The notes beneath the pieces are model-generated. The model searched no databases. It saw only the letters and a list, made by a program, of their open reading frames with translations, and was not told the origin of the DNA. DNA of 64,000 nucleotides from Macrostomum lignano. Taxonomy: Eukaryota. Shown piece by piece: positions 11,401 to 23,545 of this stretch. Made by a program: the position numbers and the translations under genes. How positions within the stretch are numbered: the first letter of the stretch is position 1; the number at the start of each line of letters is the position of its first letter. The DNA lies in the NCBI GenBank assembly GCA_002269645.1, contig NIVC01002881.1:62001-126000 (forward strand). The letters are read 5' to 3'.

Positions 11401-13557
11401 GACACCTACAGCAACCACAATGGACCGCACAGTCACGACCATCCATACATATCGGCTATGGTTAACAATGGCAGTTTGGCCTATGACCATGACAGGGACG
11501 GCACCCATTCTCAGCTAGACGGCTGCACCGCCCGCTTCAGAAACCGGGATCACGACACCCTGCTATCCATTCGTTACGTCAACAACGCTTTATTGGTGGC
11601 CACGGATATTGAAAATAAGCAAACTTGGCAGCCGTGCTTTCGAGTGCCAAATGTGAAATTGCCAACTCATTTTGTGTTCGGAGTCAGCGCTATGACTGGC
11701 GACCTGTCGGATAATCACGACCTGCTGTCTGTGAAGGTCTACGAGATTGAACCGGTACATGCCAGTCTGCCAATTGGGAACAGGATGTGCGACTTTGGGA
11801 ACAGGGATTAGGGTTCTAGGAACAGGGTGCGATTTTTTGGGAATAGGGATGTCCCTGTTCGGGATTTTGGGGCGGGATTTGCTATTTGGGCATATGAGAT
11901 TTGGGGATTAAAGAATAGGGGTTTAGGAAAGGGATATGAGATTTGGGATTTGGGAAATAGGGATATGAGATTTAGAGATATGAGATTTAGAGAATAGGGG
12001 TATGGAATTTTGGGAATAGGTATATGGGATTTAAGGAATAGGGATATAAGATTTGTGGTTTGGGTAATAGTGATATGGGATTTGGGTAATAAGGATATGG
12101 GATTTGTGGTTTGGGTAATAGGGATATGGGATTTGGGGTTTGGGGAATAGGGATATGGGATTTGGGGAATAGGGATATGGGGTTTGGGGAATAGGGATAT
12201 GGGATTTGGGGAATAGGGATATGGGATTTGGGGAATAGGGATTTAGGAATACACGAAAAAAGGTGTCTTGAACTCAGAATTCTCAGAATAGAGATCGCAC
12301 AGAATCGATAGAACTCAGCTTTGGAAGAACACCGAAGTCGCAGTGCTAAGCTAGTCCAAGATTTCACACCCTCACCCCCGCTTCCCCGATTGTACAGAAA
12401 GAGCCTTTGGAGGACAACATGGGGGTGGACTACCGGACCATCGAGCCCTCTGCCGACAGCGCCGAGCCTCCAAGGCGTGAGTCACGTGACTGCTTGCTAA
12501 TTGATAACTCTGCCTCCCCAGTGGCTCCTCTGATTCCCCAGTGCCCCTCTGATTCCCCAATCCCCCCTCTGATTCCCCAGTGCCCTCTCTGATTCCCCAG
12601 TGCCCTCTCTGATTCCCCAATCCCCCCTCTGATTCCCCAGTGCCCTCTCTGATTCCCCAATTCATCCTTTGATTCCCCAGTGCCCTCTCTGATTCCCCAA
12701 TCCCCCCTCTGATTCCCCAGTGCCCTCTCTGATTCCCCAATTCCTCCTCTGATTCCCCAATTCCTTCTCTGATTCCCAATCCCCTCTCTGATTCCCCAGT
12801 GCCCTCTCTGATTCCCCATCCCCCCTCTGATTCCCCAGTGCCCTCTGATTCCCCAGTGCCCTCTCTGATTCCCCAATTCCTCCTCTGATTCCCCAATTCC
12901 TTCTCTGATTCCCAATCCCCTCTCTGATTCCCCAGTGCCCTCTCTGATTCCCCATCCCCCCTCTGATTCCCCAGTGCCCTCTGATTCCCCAGTGCCCTCT
13001 CTGATTCCCCAATTCCTCCTCTGATTCCCCAATTCATCCTTTGATTCCCCAGTGCCCTCTCTGATTCCCCAATCCCCCCTCTGATTCCCCAGTGCCCTCT
13101 CTGATTCCCCAATTCCTCCTCTGATTCCCCAATTCCTTCTCTGATTCCCAATCCCCTCTCTGATTCCTCAGTGCCCTCTCTGATTCCCCATCCCCCCTCT
13201 GATTCCCCAGTGCCCTCTGATTCCCCAGTGCCCTCTCTGATTCCCCAATTCCTTCTCTGATTCCCAATCCCCTCTAATTCCCCAATCCCCCCTCCGATTC
13301 CCCAATCCCCCTCTGATTCCCCAGTGGCCTCCCCCAAATTCCCCAATGCCCCCCCACGATTCCACAGTGCCTCTCCTCCATCGCTCCTCCCGTCTCCCAA
13401 CTCGGCAGCTCACGTGGACTCCCAAGCCGACAGTGGCTGGTCCTTCCTGCGCATCTTCCTGCTGGTTCTGTTCTGCGCCATCGGTCTGGTCACCCTGCTG
13501 GTGCTGGGCCTGGTGTACCACACCAGCCAGCAGAGGAAAAAAAAGCGATTTTATTGA
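5402..13557 (+). CDS. LMAN2: VIP36/VIPL-like L-type lectin (LMAN2/LMAN2L family). Exons 5402-5564, 11132-11754, 12398-12476, 13409-13557; about 337 aa
   Basis: Signal peptide, then FLKKEYSLSKPFQG, IRLTPDSQSHRGAVW, FGDGMAFWY, LDTYSN, HPYISAMVNNGSLAYDHDRDG, TGDLSDNHD, a TM helix and C-terminal KKKRFY. All introns are GT-AG with matching phases (1, 0, 1); total 1014 nt. LMAN2 versus LMAN2L cannot be resolved. Confidence 0.95.
6191..6430 (+). mobile_element. Possible 5' end of a non-autonomous Helitron-like element in LMAN2 intron 1
   Basis: Begins A|TCTATACATATAAAA...TGTGTCTGT...AACCACTCAACCAAATTATACCAAATTTTG, resembling the 5' ends of such elements. No 3' hairpin-CTAG found. Confidence 0.3.
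7420..8015. repeat. Degenerate AG-rich simple repeat (LMAN2 intron 1)
   Basis: GAGA/GAGTAGA-type purine tract. Confidence 0.9.
10170..11038. repeat. 32-bp minisatellite CTGACATCTGATCAAGGGGTAGCACTCACTCA, about 27 copies (LMAN2 intron 1)
   Basis: Period of 32 read directly; units are contiguous with no spacers. Confidence 0.95.
11800..12245. repeat. About 22-bp G-rich minisatellite GGGAATAGGGATATGGGATTTG (LMAN2 intron 2)
   Basis: Tandem copies, degenerate at the 5' side. Confidence 0.9.
12520..13345. repeat. 18-20-bp minisatellite CTCTGATTCCCCAGTGCCCT and variants (LMAN2 intron 3)
   Basis: Tandem copies. Confidence 0.95.
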
Positions 13558-13842
13558 CAGCTATCCAATGATATGATCGACTTTTGACTTGGCGATATTT
13601 TCTTTCATGCCCTAGCCGTCTGTGTAGATGAGGTTTTTTTACTTTTTTAGTAGTCACTATCTCTGTGTTTTTGTTGCATCGCCTTTATTTGGTTAGTGCT
13701 GGCGCCACTCTAATCGGTGGGTGAGGCTGAGACTAGATGAAGCGCTTCTTTTGTACCGTATCTGCCTGCATGTGCGCGCCAATTACTTGCTAATCTGTCT
13801 CTGTCTCCGCGTCTCTTCACTCTTAACTATTTAGACTTTCAT

Positions 13843-15480
13843 CTTGTCACTCCATCCTCACTCTCTTGTCACTCTATCCTCACACTCTTGTCACTCCATC
13901 TTTACTCACTCCATCCTCACACTCTTGTCACTCCATCTTTACTCACTCCATCCTCACACTCTTGTCACTCCATCTTTACTCACTCCATCCTCACACTCTT
14001 GTCACTCCATCTTTAGTCACTCCATCCTCACACTCTTGTCACTCCATCTTTAGTCACTCCATCCTCACACTCTTGTCACTCCATCCGCAGTCACTCCATC
14101 CTCACTCTCTTGTCGCTCCATCCTCACTCTCTTGTCACTCTATCCTCATTCTCTTGTCACACTCCATCCTCACTCTCTTGTCACTCCATCCTCACTCTCT
14201 TGTCACTCTATCCTCATTCTCTTGTCACACTCCATCTTCACTCTCTTGTCACTCTATCCTCATTCTCTTGTCACACTCCATCCTCACTCTCTTGTCACTC
14301 TATCCTCACTCTCTTGTCACTCTATCCTCACACTCTTGTCACTCCCTCTTTAGTCACTCCATCCTCACACTCTTGTCACTCCATCCGCAGTCACTCCATC
14401 CTCACACTCTTGTCACTCCATCCGCAGTCACTCTATCCTCACACTCTTGTCACTCCATCTTTACTCACTCCATCCTCACACTCTTGTCACTCCATCTTTA
14501 CTCACTCCATCCTCACACTCTTGTCACTCCATCTTTAGTCACTCCATCCTCACACTCTTGTCACTCCATCTTTAGTCACTCCATCCTCACACTCTTGTCA
14601 CTCCATCCGCAGTCACTCCATCCTCACTCTCTTGTCACTCCATCCTCACTCTCTTGTCACTCCATCCTCACTCTCTTGTCACTCCATCCTCACTCTCTTG
14701 TCACTCTATCCTCACTCTCTTGTCACTCTATCCTCACTCTCTTGTCACTCTATCCTCACTCTCTTGTCACTCCATCCTCACTCTCTTGTCACTCCATCCT
14801 CACTCTCTTGTCACTCCATCCTCACTCTCTTGTCACTCCATCCTCACTCTCTTGTCACTCTATCCTCACTCTCTTGTCACTCTATCCTCACTCTCTTGTC
14901 ACTCCATCCTCACACTCTTGTCACTCTATCCTCACACTCTTGTCACTCCATCTTCACTCTCTTGTCACTCCATCCTCACTCTCTTGTCACTCTATCCTCA
15001 CTCTCTTGTCACTCCATCCTCACTCTCTTGTCACTCCATCCTCACTCTCTTGTCACTCCATCCTCACTCTCTTGTCACTCTATCCTCACTCTCTTGTCAC
15101 TCCATCTTCACTCTCTTGTCACTTTATCCTCACTCTCTTGTCACTCTATCCTCACTCTCTTGTCACTCCATCCTCACTCTCTTGTCACTCCATCCTCACT
15201 CTCTTGTCACTCTATCCTCACTCTCTTGTCACTCCATCTTCACTCTCTTGTCACTCTATCCTCACTCTCTTGTCACTCTATCCTCACTCTCTTGTCACTC
15301 CATCTTCACTCTCTTGTCACTCTATCCTCACTCTCTTGTCACTCTATCCTCACTCTCTTGTCACTCCATCCTCAGTCACTCCATCTTCACTCTCTTGTCA
15401 CTCTATCCTCACTCTCTTGTCACTCTTTCCTCACTCGCTTGTCACTCCATCCTCAGTCACTCCATCTTCACTCTCTCGTC
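13843..15480. repeat. 22-bp minisatellite TCACTCTCTTGTCACTCCATCC
   Basis: Tandem copies; 22-aa periodicity in the overlapping ORFs. Confidence 0.95.
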
Positions 15481-16184
15481 ATTCCCCACCTCAGCCAAAT
15501 GCCTCATTTGCTCAAAACAGTCCACTATGTGTCCAAATTCCGGCATTGAAACTGCAACCTCACAATCCGTTCTTGCTGCAATAAACTGTATTGATACCGC
15601 AGGCTCAGCTAGAGCTTGAAGCTCACACATTTTTATTTTATTTTTTTATCTACCCGATCAATAAATTTGATTCATTCGATTAAAAAAGAAATTCAGATGC
15701 CAAAAAATTATTTCCCTACTATTAGTAGTGCCGCTTTTTTAGCTCTTTCTTACTTTATTTATATACCGGATTTTTGCTGAAATTTTACTACTTAGTAACA
15801 AAGCTTCAGTAGGCTGTCATGCGTTTGCTTTCGCAAGAAAACAAAACGGTCAAACAGACACTTTGATTTCTTTTACATCCTGCCTTAACTAATTAGTAGT
15901 AAGCGTTTTTTTCTCTATTTGCGCTGATCAAAACTCCATTAATTGCGAGCCTAGTAATCGGTACAAATCATTCGAATGGCTGAATGCTGTGTGTGAGTTT
16001 TATTTCAATTGAAAAAAAACAATAATAATTGAATTTTTTTCAGACTGAAATTATTGACCTCAGTTATTAATATCACTGATGATGCATCGCTGTTTATTAA
16101 TTGCTTTTTTATTTTTTACATTGAAATAAATGAATTGCTTGGCTAAAACTGTGTCTCATCATTCATCACTGCTCATTGCCTTCT

Positions 16185-18008
16185 CTCCCCTGCCTCTCCC
16201 CTTCTCTCTTCTCTCTCTCTACCTCTCCCCTCTATTGTCTCTCTCTCCCTCTTTCCCCTCCCTACCTCTCCCCTCTCTCTCCCTCTCCCCTCTCTACCTC
16301 TCTCCTCTCTCTCCCTCTTTCCCCTCTCTCCCTCTTTCCCCTCTCTCCCTCTTTCCCCTCTCTACCTCTCTCCTCTCTCTCCCTCTTTCCCCTATCTACC
16401 TCTCTCCTCTCTCTCCCTCTTTCCCCTCTCTACCTCTCTCCTCTCTCTCCCTCTTTCCCCTATCTACCTCTCTCCTCTCTCTCCCTCTTTCCCCTCTCTA
16501 CCTCTCCCCTCTCTCCCTCTTCCCCCTATCTACCTCTCTCCTCTCTCTCCCTCTTTCCTCTATCTACCTCTCCCCTCTCTCCCTCTTTCCCCTCTCTACC
16601 TCTCTCCCCTCTCTACCTCTCTCCTCTCTCTCCCTCTTTCCCCTATCTACCTCTCCCCTCTCTCCCTCTTTCCCCTCTCTACCTCTCTCCCCTCTCTACC
16701 TCTCTCCTCTCTCTCCCTCTTTCCCCTATCTACCTCTCTCCTCTCTCTCCCTCTTTCCTCTATCTACCTCTCCTCTCTCTCCCTCTTTCCCCTCTCTCCC
16801 TCTTTCCCCTCTCTACCTCTCTCCTCTTTCTCCCTCTTTCCCCTATCTACCTCTCTCCTCTCTCTCCCTCTTTCCCCTCTCTACCTCTCCCCTCTCTCCC
16901 TCTTTCCCCTATCTACCTCTCTCCTCTCTCTCCCTCTTTCCCCTCTCTACCTCTCCCCTCTCTCCCTCTTTCCCCTCTCTCCCTCTTTCCCCTCTCTACC
17001 TCTCTCCTCTCTCTCCCTCTTTCCCCTCTCTCCCTCTTTCCCCTCTCTACCTCTCTCCTCTCTCTCCCTCTTTCCCCTATCTACCTCTCTCCTCTCTCTC
17101 CCTCTTTCCCCTCTCTACCTCTCTCCCCTCTCTACCTCTTTCCCCTCTCTACCTCTCTCCTCTCTCTCCCTCTTTCCCCTCTCTACCTCTCCCCTCTCTC
17201 CCTCTTTCCCCTATCTACCTCTCTCCTCTCTCTCCCTCTTTCCCCTATCTACCTCTCTCCTCTCTCTCCCTCTTTCCCCTCTCTACCTCTCCCCTCTCTC
17301 CCTCTTTCCCCTCTCTACCTCTCTCCCCTCTCTACCTCTCTCCTCTCTCTCCCTCTTTCCCCTATCTACCTCTCTCCTCTCTCTCCCTCTTTCCTCTATC
17401 TACCTCTCCTCTCTCTCCCTCTTTCCCCTCTCTCCCTCTTTCCCCTCTCTACCTCTCCCCTCTCTCTCCCTCTTTCCCCTATCTACCTCTCTCCTCTCTC
17501 TCCCTCTTTCCCCTCTCTACCTCTCCCCTCTCTCCCTCTTTCCCCTATCTACCTCTCTCCTCTCTCTCCCTCTTTCCCCTCTCTACCTCTCCCCTCTCTC
17601 CCTCTTTCCCCTCTCTACCTCTCCCCTCTCTCCCTCTTTCCCCTATCTACCTCTCTCCTCTCTCTCCCTCTTTCTCCTCTCTACCTCTCCCCTCTCTCCC
17701 TCTTTCCCCTCTCTCCCTCTTTCCCCTCTCTACCTCTCTCCTCTCTCTCCCTCTTTCCCCTCTCTCCCTCTTTCCCCTCTCTACCTCTCTCCTCTCTCTC
17801 CCTCTTTCCCCTATCTACCTCTCTCCTCTCTCTCCCTCTTTCCCCTCTCTACCTCTCCCCTCTCTCCCTCTTTCCCCTCTCTACCTCTCTCCCCTCTCTA
17901 CCTCTTTCCCCTATCTACCTCTCTCTCCCTCTCCCTCTTTCCCCTCTCTACCTCTCCCCTCTCTCCCTCTTTCCCCTCTCTCCCTCTTTCCCCTCTCTAC
18001 CTCTCACT
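16185..18008. repeat. CT-rich minisatellite (modules CTCTTTCCC and CTCTCTAC, period about 32-34)
   Basis: Near-pure pyrimidine tandem array. Confidence 0.95.
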
Positions 18009-18641
18009 GACAAAGAATTTACCAAATTCGAAATATCGGCAATATTAGCTAAATGGACTTTCATCAGTCCTTTCACTGTGTTAGCGCCTGAGATTGGAGG
18101 TGCCCTCCTCTCTCCCTCTACATCTCCTCTTTCTGTCTATCTCTCCTCACTCTACCTCTGTCCCTCTCTCTACTTCTCTCTTCTCTCATTCTCCCCCTAT
18201 CCAGTGCAGTGCAGCAGACAGCCAAGCCAGCTCAAGCAGTTGAGAAATAAAACACGTGCACGTTAATGCTTTGTAAAACACTTGAGCTACAGTTTAACAG
18301 CCAAGTCACGAGATCTACACAATTATTTTGCAGAGTTTACGCAGTCAATGTGCAGCAGCTGTACATGCGAGCACAGCGCCCCAGGCAGATAGCACACACA
18401 GAATTTTCTAGAACCCTACAGTCTCTCCAACTGCTCAGAGTTCCATTGTTCCATGAAACCTCTTCTCTACCTCTGCATGACCCCCCCCGGTTCTGGGGCT
18501 CGGCAGACATCTGTCTTGCCATTAGTGATAAATACACAGAGGGGCGCGTTTACTGCATCAACTAGGGCTAAAAAATTTCAGACCTTGCATATTCTTAAAC
18601 TAGTAAACAGACTGTTCTCAGAAACTTTGAGCAAAGCAACA

Positions 18642-20219
18642 ATGCTAATCAGGCTCTCTTTTTTAATAGCCGTTCTGCTGCTGGTGCAGCTGGAGGCCAG
18701 CAGGTCCTATTCGAGGTCCATGGCGCCGCCGCGGCACTACGCCAGTCGGCACAAGGACACCTGGCTGGAGGCTGAGCGCTTCTGCCGGGCTGCCGGCCTT
18801 GGCGGCCTCTTGACGACTAGGGGAGGCCGACTCGGGGAGTTGGCCAGGCAGCTGAGACCTGGCCGGTGCTACTGGGTGAGCTGGGGTCCGTTATCAGGCC
18901 TGTTTCAGGCTGTTATCAGGCCTGTTTCAGGCTGTTATCAGGCCTGTTTCAGGCTGTTATCAGGCCTGTTTCAGGCTGTTATCAGGCCTGTTTCAGGCTG
19001 TTATTCAGACTGTTTCAGTCTGTTATCATGCTGGCCTGTCTCATTCTGTTATCAAGCCTGTTTCAGTCTGTTATCAAGCCTGTTTCAGTCTGTTATCAAG
19101 CCTGTTTCAGTCTGCTATCAAGCCTGTTTCAGTCTGTTATCAAGCCTGTTTCAGTCTGTTAATCAAGCCTGTTTCAGTCTGTTATCATGCAGACCTGTTT
19201 CAGGCTGTTACAGACTGTTCTCAAAGCCTGTCACCTTCATGTACAGACTGTTCTCAAAGCCTGTCACCTTCATGTACAGACGGTTCTCAAAGCCTGTCAC
19301 CTTCATGTACAGACTGTTTTCAAAGCCTGTCAATCTCTGTTGTCCTCAAACCGGCCAGGTGCACCACTCGGCGAAGTCTTGGAGCAGCGGCAGCAGCAGA
19401 TCCGCGCCACCCAGCCGGTGCCCCTGCCTGCTGCTTCGGAGAGGTTCACTCAGGCTGCACCACACCGCCTGCCGGCACCGCTGCAGGTTCCTCTGCCAGC
19501 GCGGCACCCCGATTGACGAGCTGGAGCCCCGGCCTCGGAGAACCACCCCGGTGCCGGGCAGCGGCTTCTCGTCTACGGTGGCTGCAACCAGGACCACTAC
19601 AAAGACTGCAACAAAGACTGCAACAAAGACTACAACAAAGACTGCACATGCAGCTGAAAGTCCCGCTGAGCCTCTTGAATCCTCAGACGACTCTGACTCG
19701 ATGATTCCAGCAGCTGAAGGAGACGAGGAAGTTGAGCACGCCAACTCGCAGCCGCTTCTGCCCGGCGACGAGGCTCTGGACCACGCCAAGTTCCCCGTGA
19801 TCGCCCTGGGACCCGACGGCCACCCGAAGGGCTGGCTGCCGCCCTGGGGCACCGTCGCCACCACGGCTGCCACCAAGCCGGCGGCCGCGACTGCCGCGAC
19901 GGCGTCGCCGAGCTCGCAGGCGCCGCTGATGGTCGACTTTGAGTTGCCCGAAGGGTCGCAAAATTCCACCGGCAAAGGCGGTAGGATGGCCGACAAAGAT
20001 CCTAGGAACGCGTTGAAGGCCCTGATGAACGGCCAGAGCTCCTCCGAGGTGATCACCCTGCTGGTGCTGTACACCATTGTCGGGGTGACGCTGCTGGTGC
20101 TGCTGGGCCTCTGCCTGGTGCGCTGCTGCCGGCGCTGCTGCGGCAAATCTCGCATCCGCTACGTCAAGCAGGTTGACGCCGACGACATCCCCAGGTTCAT
20201 GCCTTCCAGCTGGGCCTGA
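18642..20219 (+). CDS. Type-I membrane protein with a degenerate C-type-lectin-like domain and Thr-rich stalk. Exons 18642-18875 and 19359-20219; about 364 aa
   Basis: Signal peptide MLIRLSFLIAVLLLVQLEA; TWLEAERFC...CYW|V...C.CL...C...CRFLCQ; TKTA repeats; TM VITLLVLYTIVGVTLLVLLGLCLV; CCRRCC juxtamembrane cluster. Intron TGG|GTGAGC...CCAG|GTG, phase 0. Confidence 0.8.
   Translation: MLIRLSFLIAVLLLVQLEASRSYSRSMAPPRHYASRHKDTWLEAERFCRAAGLGGLLTTRGGRLGELARQLRPGRCYWVSWGPLSGLFQAVIRPVSGCYQACFRLLSGLFQAVIRPVSGCYSDCFSLLSCWPVSFCYQACFSLLSSLFQSVIKPVSVCYQACFSLLSSLFQSVNQACFSLLSCRPVSGCYRLFSKPVTFMYRLFSKPVTFMYRRFSKPVTFMYRLFSKPVNLCCPQTGQVHHSAKSWSSGSSRSAPPSRCPCLLLRRGSLRLHHTACRHRCRFLCQRGTPIDELEPRPRRTTPVPGSGFSSTVAATRTTTKTATKTATKTTTKTAHAAESPAEPLESSDDSDSMIPAAEGDEEVEHANSQPLLPGDEALDHAKFPVIALGPDGHPKGWLPPWGTVATTAATKPAAATAATASPSSQAPLMVDFELPEGSQNSTGKGGRMADKDPRNALKALMNGQSSSEVITLLVLYTIVGVTLLVLLGLCLVRCCRRCCGKSRIRYVKQVDADDIPRFMPSSWA
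18890..19330. repeat. 22-bp minisatellite TTATCAGGCCTGTTTCAGGCTG grading into a 33-bp unit (intron of the lectin-like gene)
   Basis: Tandem copies. Confidence 0.9.
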
Positions 20220-20431
20220 TTGTGCGGGCTGGCCAGCCTACTGATGAGTAGTGCGCACCGCATATAAGCTCGGATTTTTGCACTAAGCGAACCTGCGTCA
20301 TTGCTAACTTAGCAAACTGGCATGAAGACTTGTGATTTGCCATTTTGTTGAGTCTCAAGACCTTTTAAACTGTGACTGTTGTACCCTTAAAGCCTGACAT
20401 TTAATTTAAGACTTCTCTTAGGCCTCTTTAA

Positions 20432-21672
20432 CACTCTGACACCACCCTGAAGACCCTGACACCACTCTGGAGACCCTGACACCACTCTGGAGACCCTGAC
20501 ACCACTCTGGAGACCCTGACACCACTCTGGAGACCCTGACACCACTCTGGAGACCCTGACACCACTCTGGAGACCCTGACACCACTCTGGAGACCCTGAC
20601 ACCACTCTGGAGACCCTGACACCACTCTGGAGACCCTGACACCACTCTGGAGACCCTGACACCACTCTGGAGACCCTGACACCACTCTGGAGACCCTGAC
20701 ACCACTCTGGAGACCCTGGCACCACTCTGGAGACCCTGACACCACTCTGGAGACCCTGACACCACTCTGGAGACCCTGACACCACTCTGGAGACCCTGAC
20801 ACCACTCTGGAGACCCTGACACCACTCTGGAGACCCTGACACCACTCTGGAGACCCTGACACCACTCTGGAGACCCTGACACCACTCTGGAGACCCTGAC
20901 ACCACTCTGGAGACCCTGACACCACTCTGGAGACCCTGACACCACTCTGGAGACCCTGACACCACTCTGGAGACCCTGACACCACTCTGGAGACCCTGGC
21001 ACCACTCTGGAGACCCTGACACCACTCTGGAGACCCTGACACCACTCTGGAGACCCTGACACCACTCTGGAGACCCTGACACCACTCTGGAGACCCTGAC
21101 ACCACTCTGGAGACCCTGACACCACTCTGGAGACCCTGACACCACTCTGGAGACCCTGACACCACTCTGGAGACCCTGACACCACTCTGGAGACCCTGAC
21201 ACCACTCTGGAGACCCTGACACCACTCTGGAGACCCTGACACCACTCTGGAGACCCTGACACCACTCTGGAGACCCTGACACCACTCTGGAGACCCTGAC
21301 ACCACTCTGGAGACCCTGACACCACTCTGGAGACCCTGACACCACTCTGGAGACCCTGACACCACTCTGGAGACCCTGACACCACTCTGGAGACCCTGAC
21401 ACCACTCTGGAGACCCTGACACCACTCTGGAGACCCTGACACCACTCTGGAGACCCTGACACCACTCTGGAGACCCTGACACCACTCTGGAGACCCTGAC
21501 ACCACTCTGGAGACCCTGACACCACTCTGGAGACCCTGACACCACTCTGGAGACCCTGACACCACTCTGGAGACCCTGACACCACTCTGGAGACCCTGAC
21601 ACCACTCTGGAGACCCTGACACCACTCTGGAGACCCTGACACCACTCTAGAGACCCTGACACCACTCTAGAG
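20432..21672. repeat. Near-perfect 20-bp minisatellite ACCACTCTGGAGACCCTGAC, about 61 copies
   Basis: Identical units apart from a few variants. Confidence 0.98.
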
Positions 21673-22099
21673 ACAAATCTCAGAAACGTACGCGCGCATT
21701 GCAAGGGTGCAGCTCGCATGTTCCTTTTTATTTATGTTTTTAACATTTAATAAAAAGCAAATTATTTATCTAAAACAAATATTAACATGTACCTTGTCAC
21801 TTGGCTGCTCATATAACCGTTACTCACCTTGAATCTCTGTATAAGAATGTTTCAACAGAAATTGCAACTAATTAGACAGCATATTTATTCACCTTACTTG
21901 TTTAATTAACAGGTTTCTTCGAACAAAAAAATAATTAGTCAGAATTCTTTTGTCGAATGTAGGAGAGGGAATAGGGGGAATGAGAGGTCTCATGAATTTT
22001 ATGGTGGGGGGACAAAGCCAATAACTTAAAATGTACATGTACATGACTAAATTTTAGCCCTCATTTTGGCACCGAAAGCACTCATTTTACGACGCGCCT

Positions 22100-22332
22100 G
22101 TGAGAGGTAGATAGGGGAGAGGTAGATAAGGGAGAGGGAGATAGGGGAGAGGGAGATAGGGGGAGGGATATAGGGGGAGGGAGATAGGGGGAGGGAGATA
22201 GGGGGAGGGAGATAGGGGGAGGAATATAGGGGAGAGAGCGATAAGAGAGAGGGAGATAGGGGAGAGAGCGATAAGAGAGTGGGAGATAGGGGAGAGGGAG
22301 ATAGGGGAGAGGGAGATAGGGGAGAGGGAGAC
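22100..22332. repeat. 16-bp G-rich repeat GGGAGATAGGGGAGAG
   Basis: Tandem copies. Confidence 0.9.
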
Positions 22333-22917
22333 ACGTGCTCAAGTAATAATTATGGTAGCGATTCTCCGCCTAAATGCCGGTCTCTTGCGGCTCTCCGACT
22401 CCATTGCGCACCGTCTGTCCTCCCTTGTCTCCCTCTCCCTCCTACAGATATTGAAAGCCGACCCCAGGAGCAACAAAGCAGAGAGCAGTCAGTTATTAAT
22501 CCAACTGAATGGGCAGTACACGGCTGCCAAGGCAACAGAAATCAGCAGTTATTAGGTAATTATATTTCGATGCAAACACGAACGACAAACAAGCCATCAT
22601 CAATCCGCTCATTTCGATTTAAATGTTGGTACAAAAAGAGACAAAATCATCAACAAAATAGCTAATTAAAGAGTGCCAGTCATAAAGATTTCAGCTACTC
22701 AAAGTAGTATTCATAGAAAAATAGCACGCAAAAAGACGAGCAAAGTTGCTTCAAGGGATGGGGTAAAAAATAGTACTAGCTAGAAGCAATAAAAAAGCAA
22801 GCAAAATTCACTGCATGGGGAGTGAGTTACTCTGACTGATTCGAGTATTGGATTGCCGCGGTTAGCCGGTATGGTGCATTATGGTACATATTGATGAGCA
22901 GCTAGGGCTGAGGGAAT

Positions 22918-23545
22918 CAGTGACAGGTGAGCGATAGATAAGTGACAGATAACTGAAAGATAAAGAGTGACAGATAACTGAAAGATAAAGAGTGACAGAT
23001 AACTGAAAGATAAAGAGTGACAGATAACTGAAAGATAAAGAGTGACAGATAACTGAAAGATAAAGAGTGACAGATAAGTGAAGGATAAAGAGTGACAGGT
23101 AAAGAGTGACAAGTAAAGAGTGACAGATAAGTGAAGGATAAAGAGTGACAGGTAAAGAGGGACAAGTAAAGAGTGACAGATGAGTGACAGATAAAGAGTG
23201 ACACATAAAGAGTGACAGATAAAGAGTGAAAGATGAGAGTGACAGATAAAGAGTGACACATAAAGAGTGACAGATAAAGAGTGAAAGATGAGAGTGACAG
23301 ATGAGTGACAGATAAGTGAAAGATAAAGAGTGACAGGTAAAGAGTGACAGGTAAAGAGTGACAGATAAAGAGTGACAGATGAGTGACAGATGAGTGACAG
23401 ATGAGTGACAGATGAGTGACAGATAAAGAGTGACAGATGAGTGACAGATGAGAGTGACAGATAAGAGTGACAGATGAGTGACAGATAATTTAATAATTGC
23501 TATAAGTGACAGATAAAGGTGACAAATAGAGTGACAGACAAGAGT
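22918..23545. repeat. AGTGACAGATAAAG-based repeat (10/14/25-bp units)
   Basis: Tandem copies. Confidence 0.9.

Noticed and set aside
13866-18266. Long ORFs (572-696 aa) over the 22-bp and CT-rich arrays
   Set aside because: Stop-free tandem repeats open in several frames, with periodic translation and no codon or domain signal.
18453-20219. Single-exon 588-aa protein as given in the ORF track
   Set aside because: Better explained by an ATG at 18642 with a signal peptide and a GT-AG intron (18876-19358) removing the repeat.
20387-21719. 400+ aa ORFs in all three minus frames, and a CRISPR-like appearance
   Set aside because: A pure 20-bp tandem repeat with no unique spacers and no cas genes, in a eukaryotic context.
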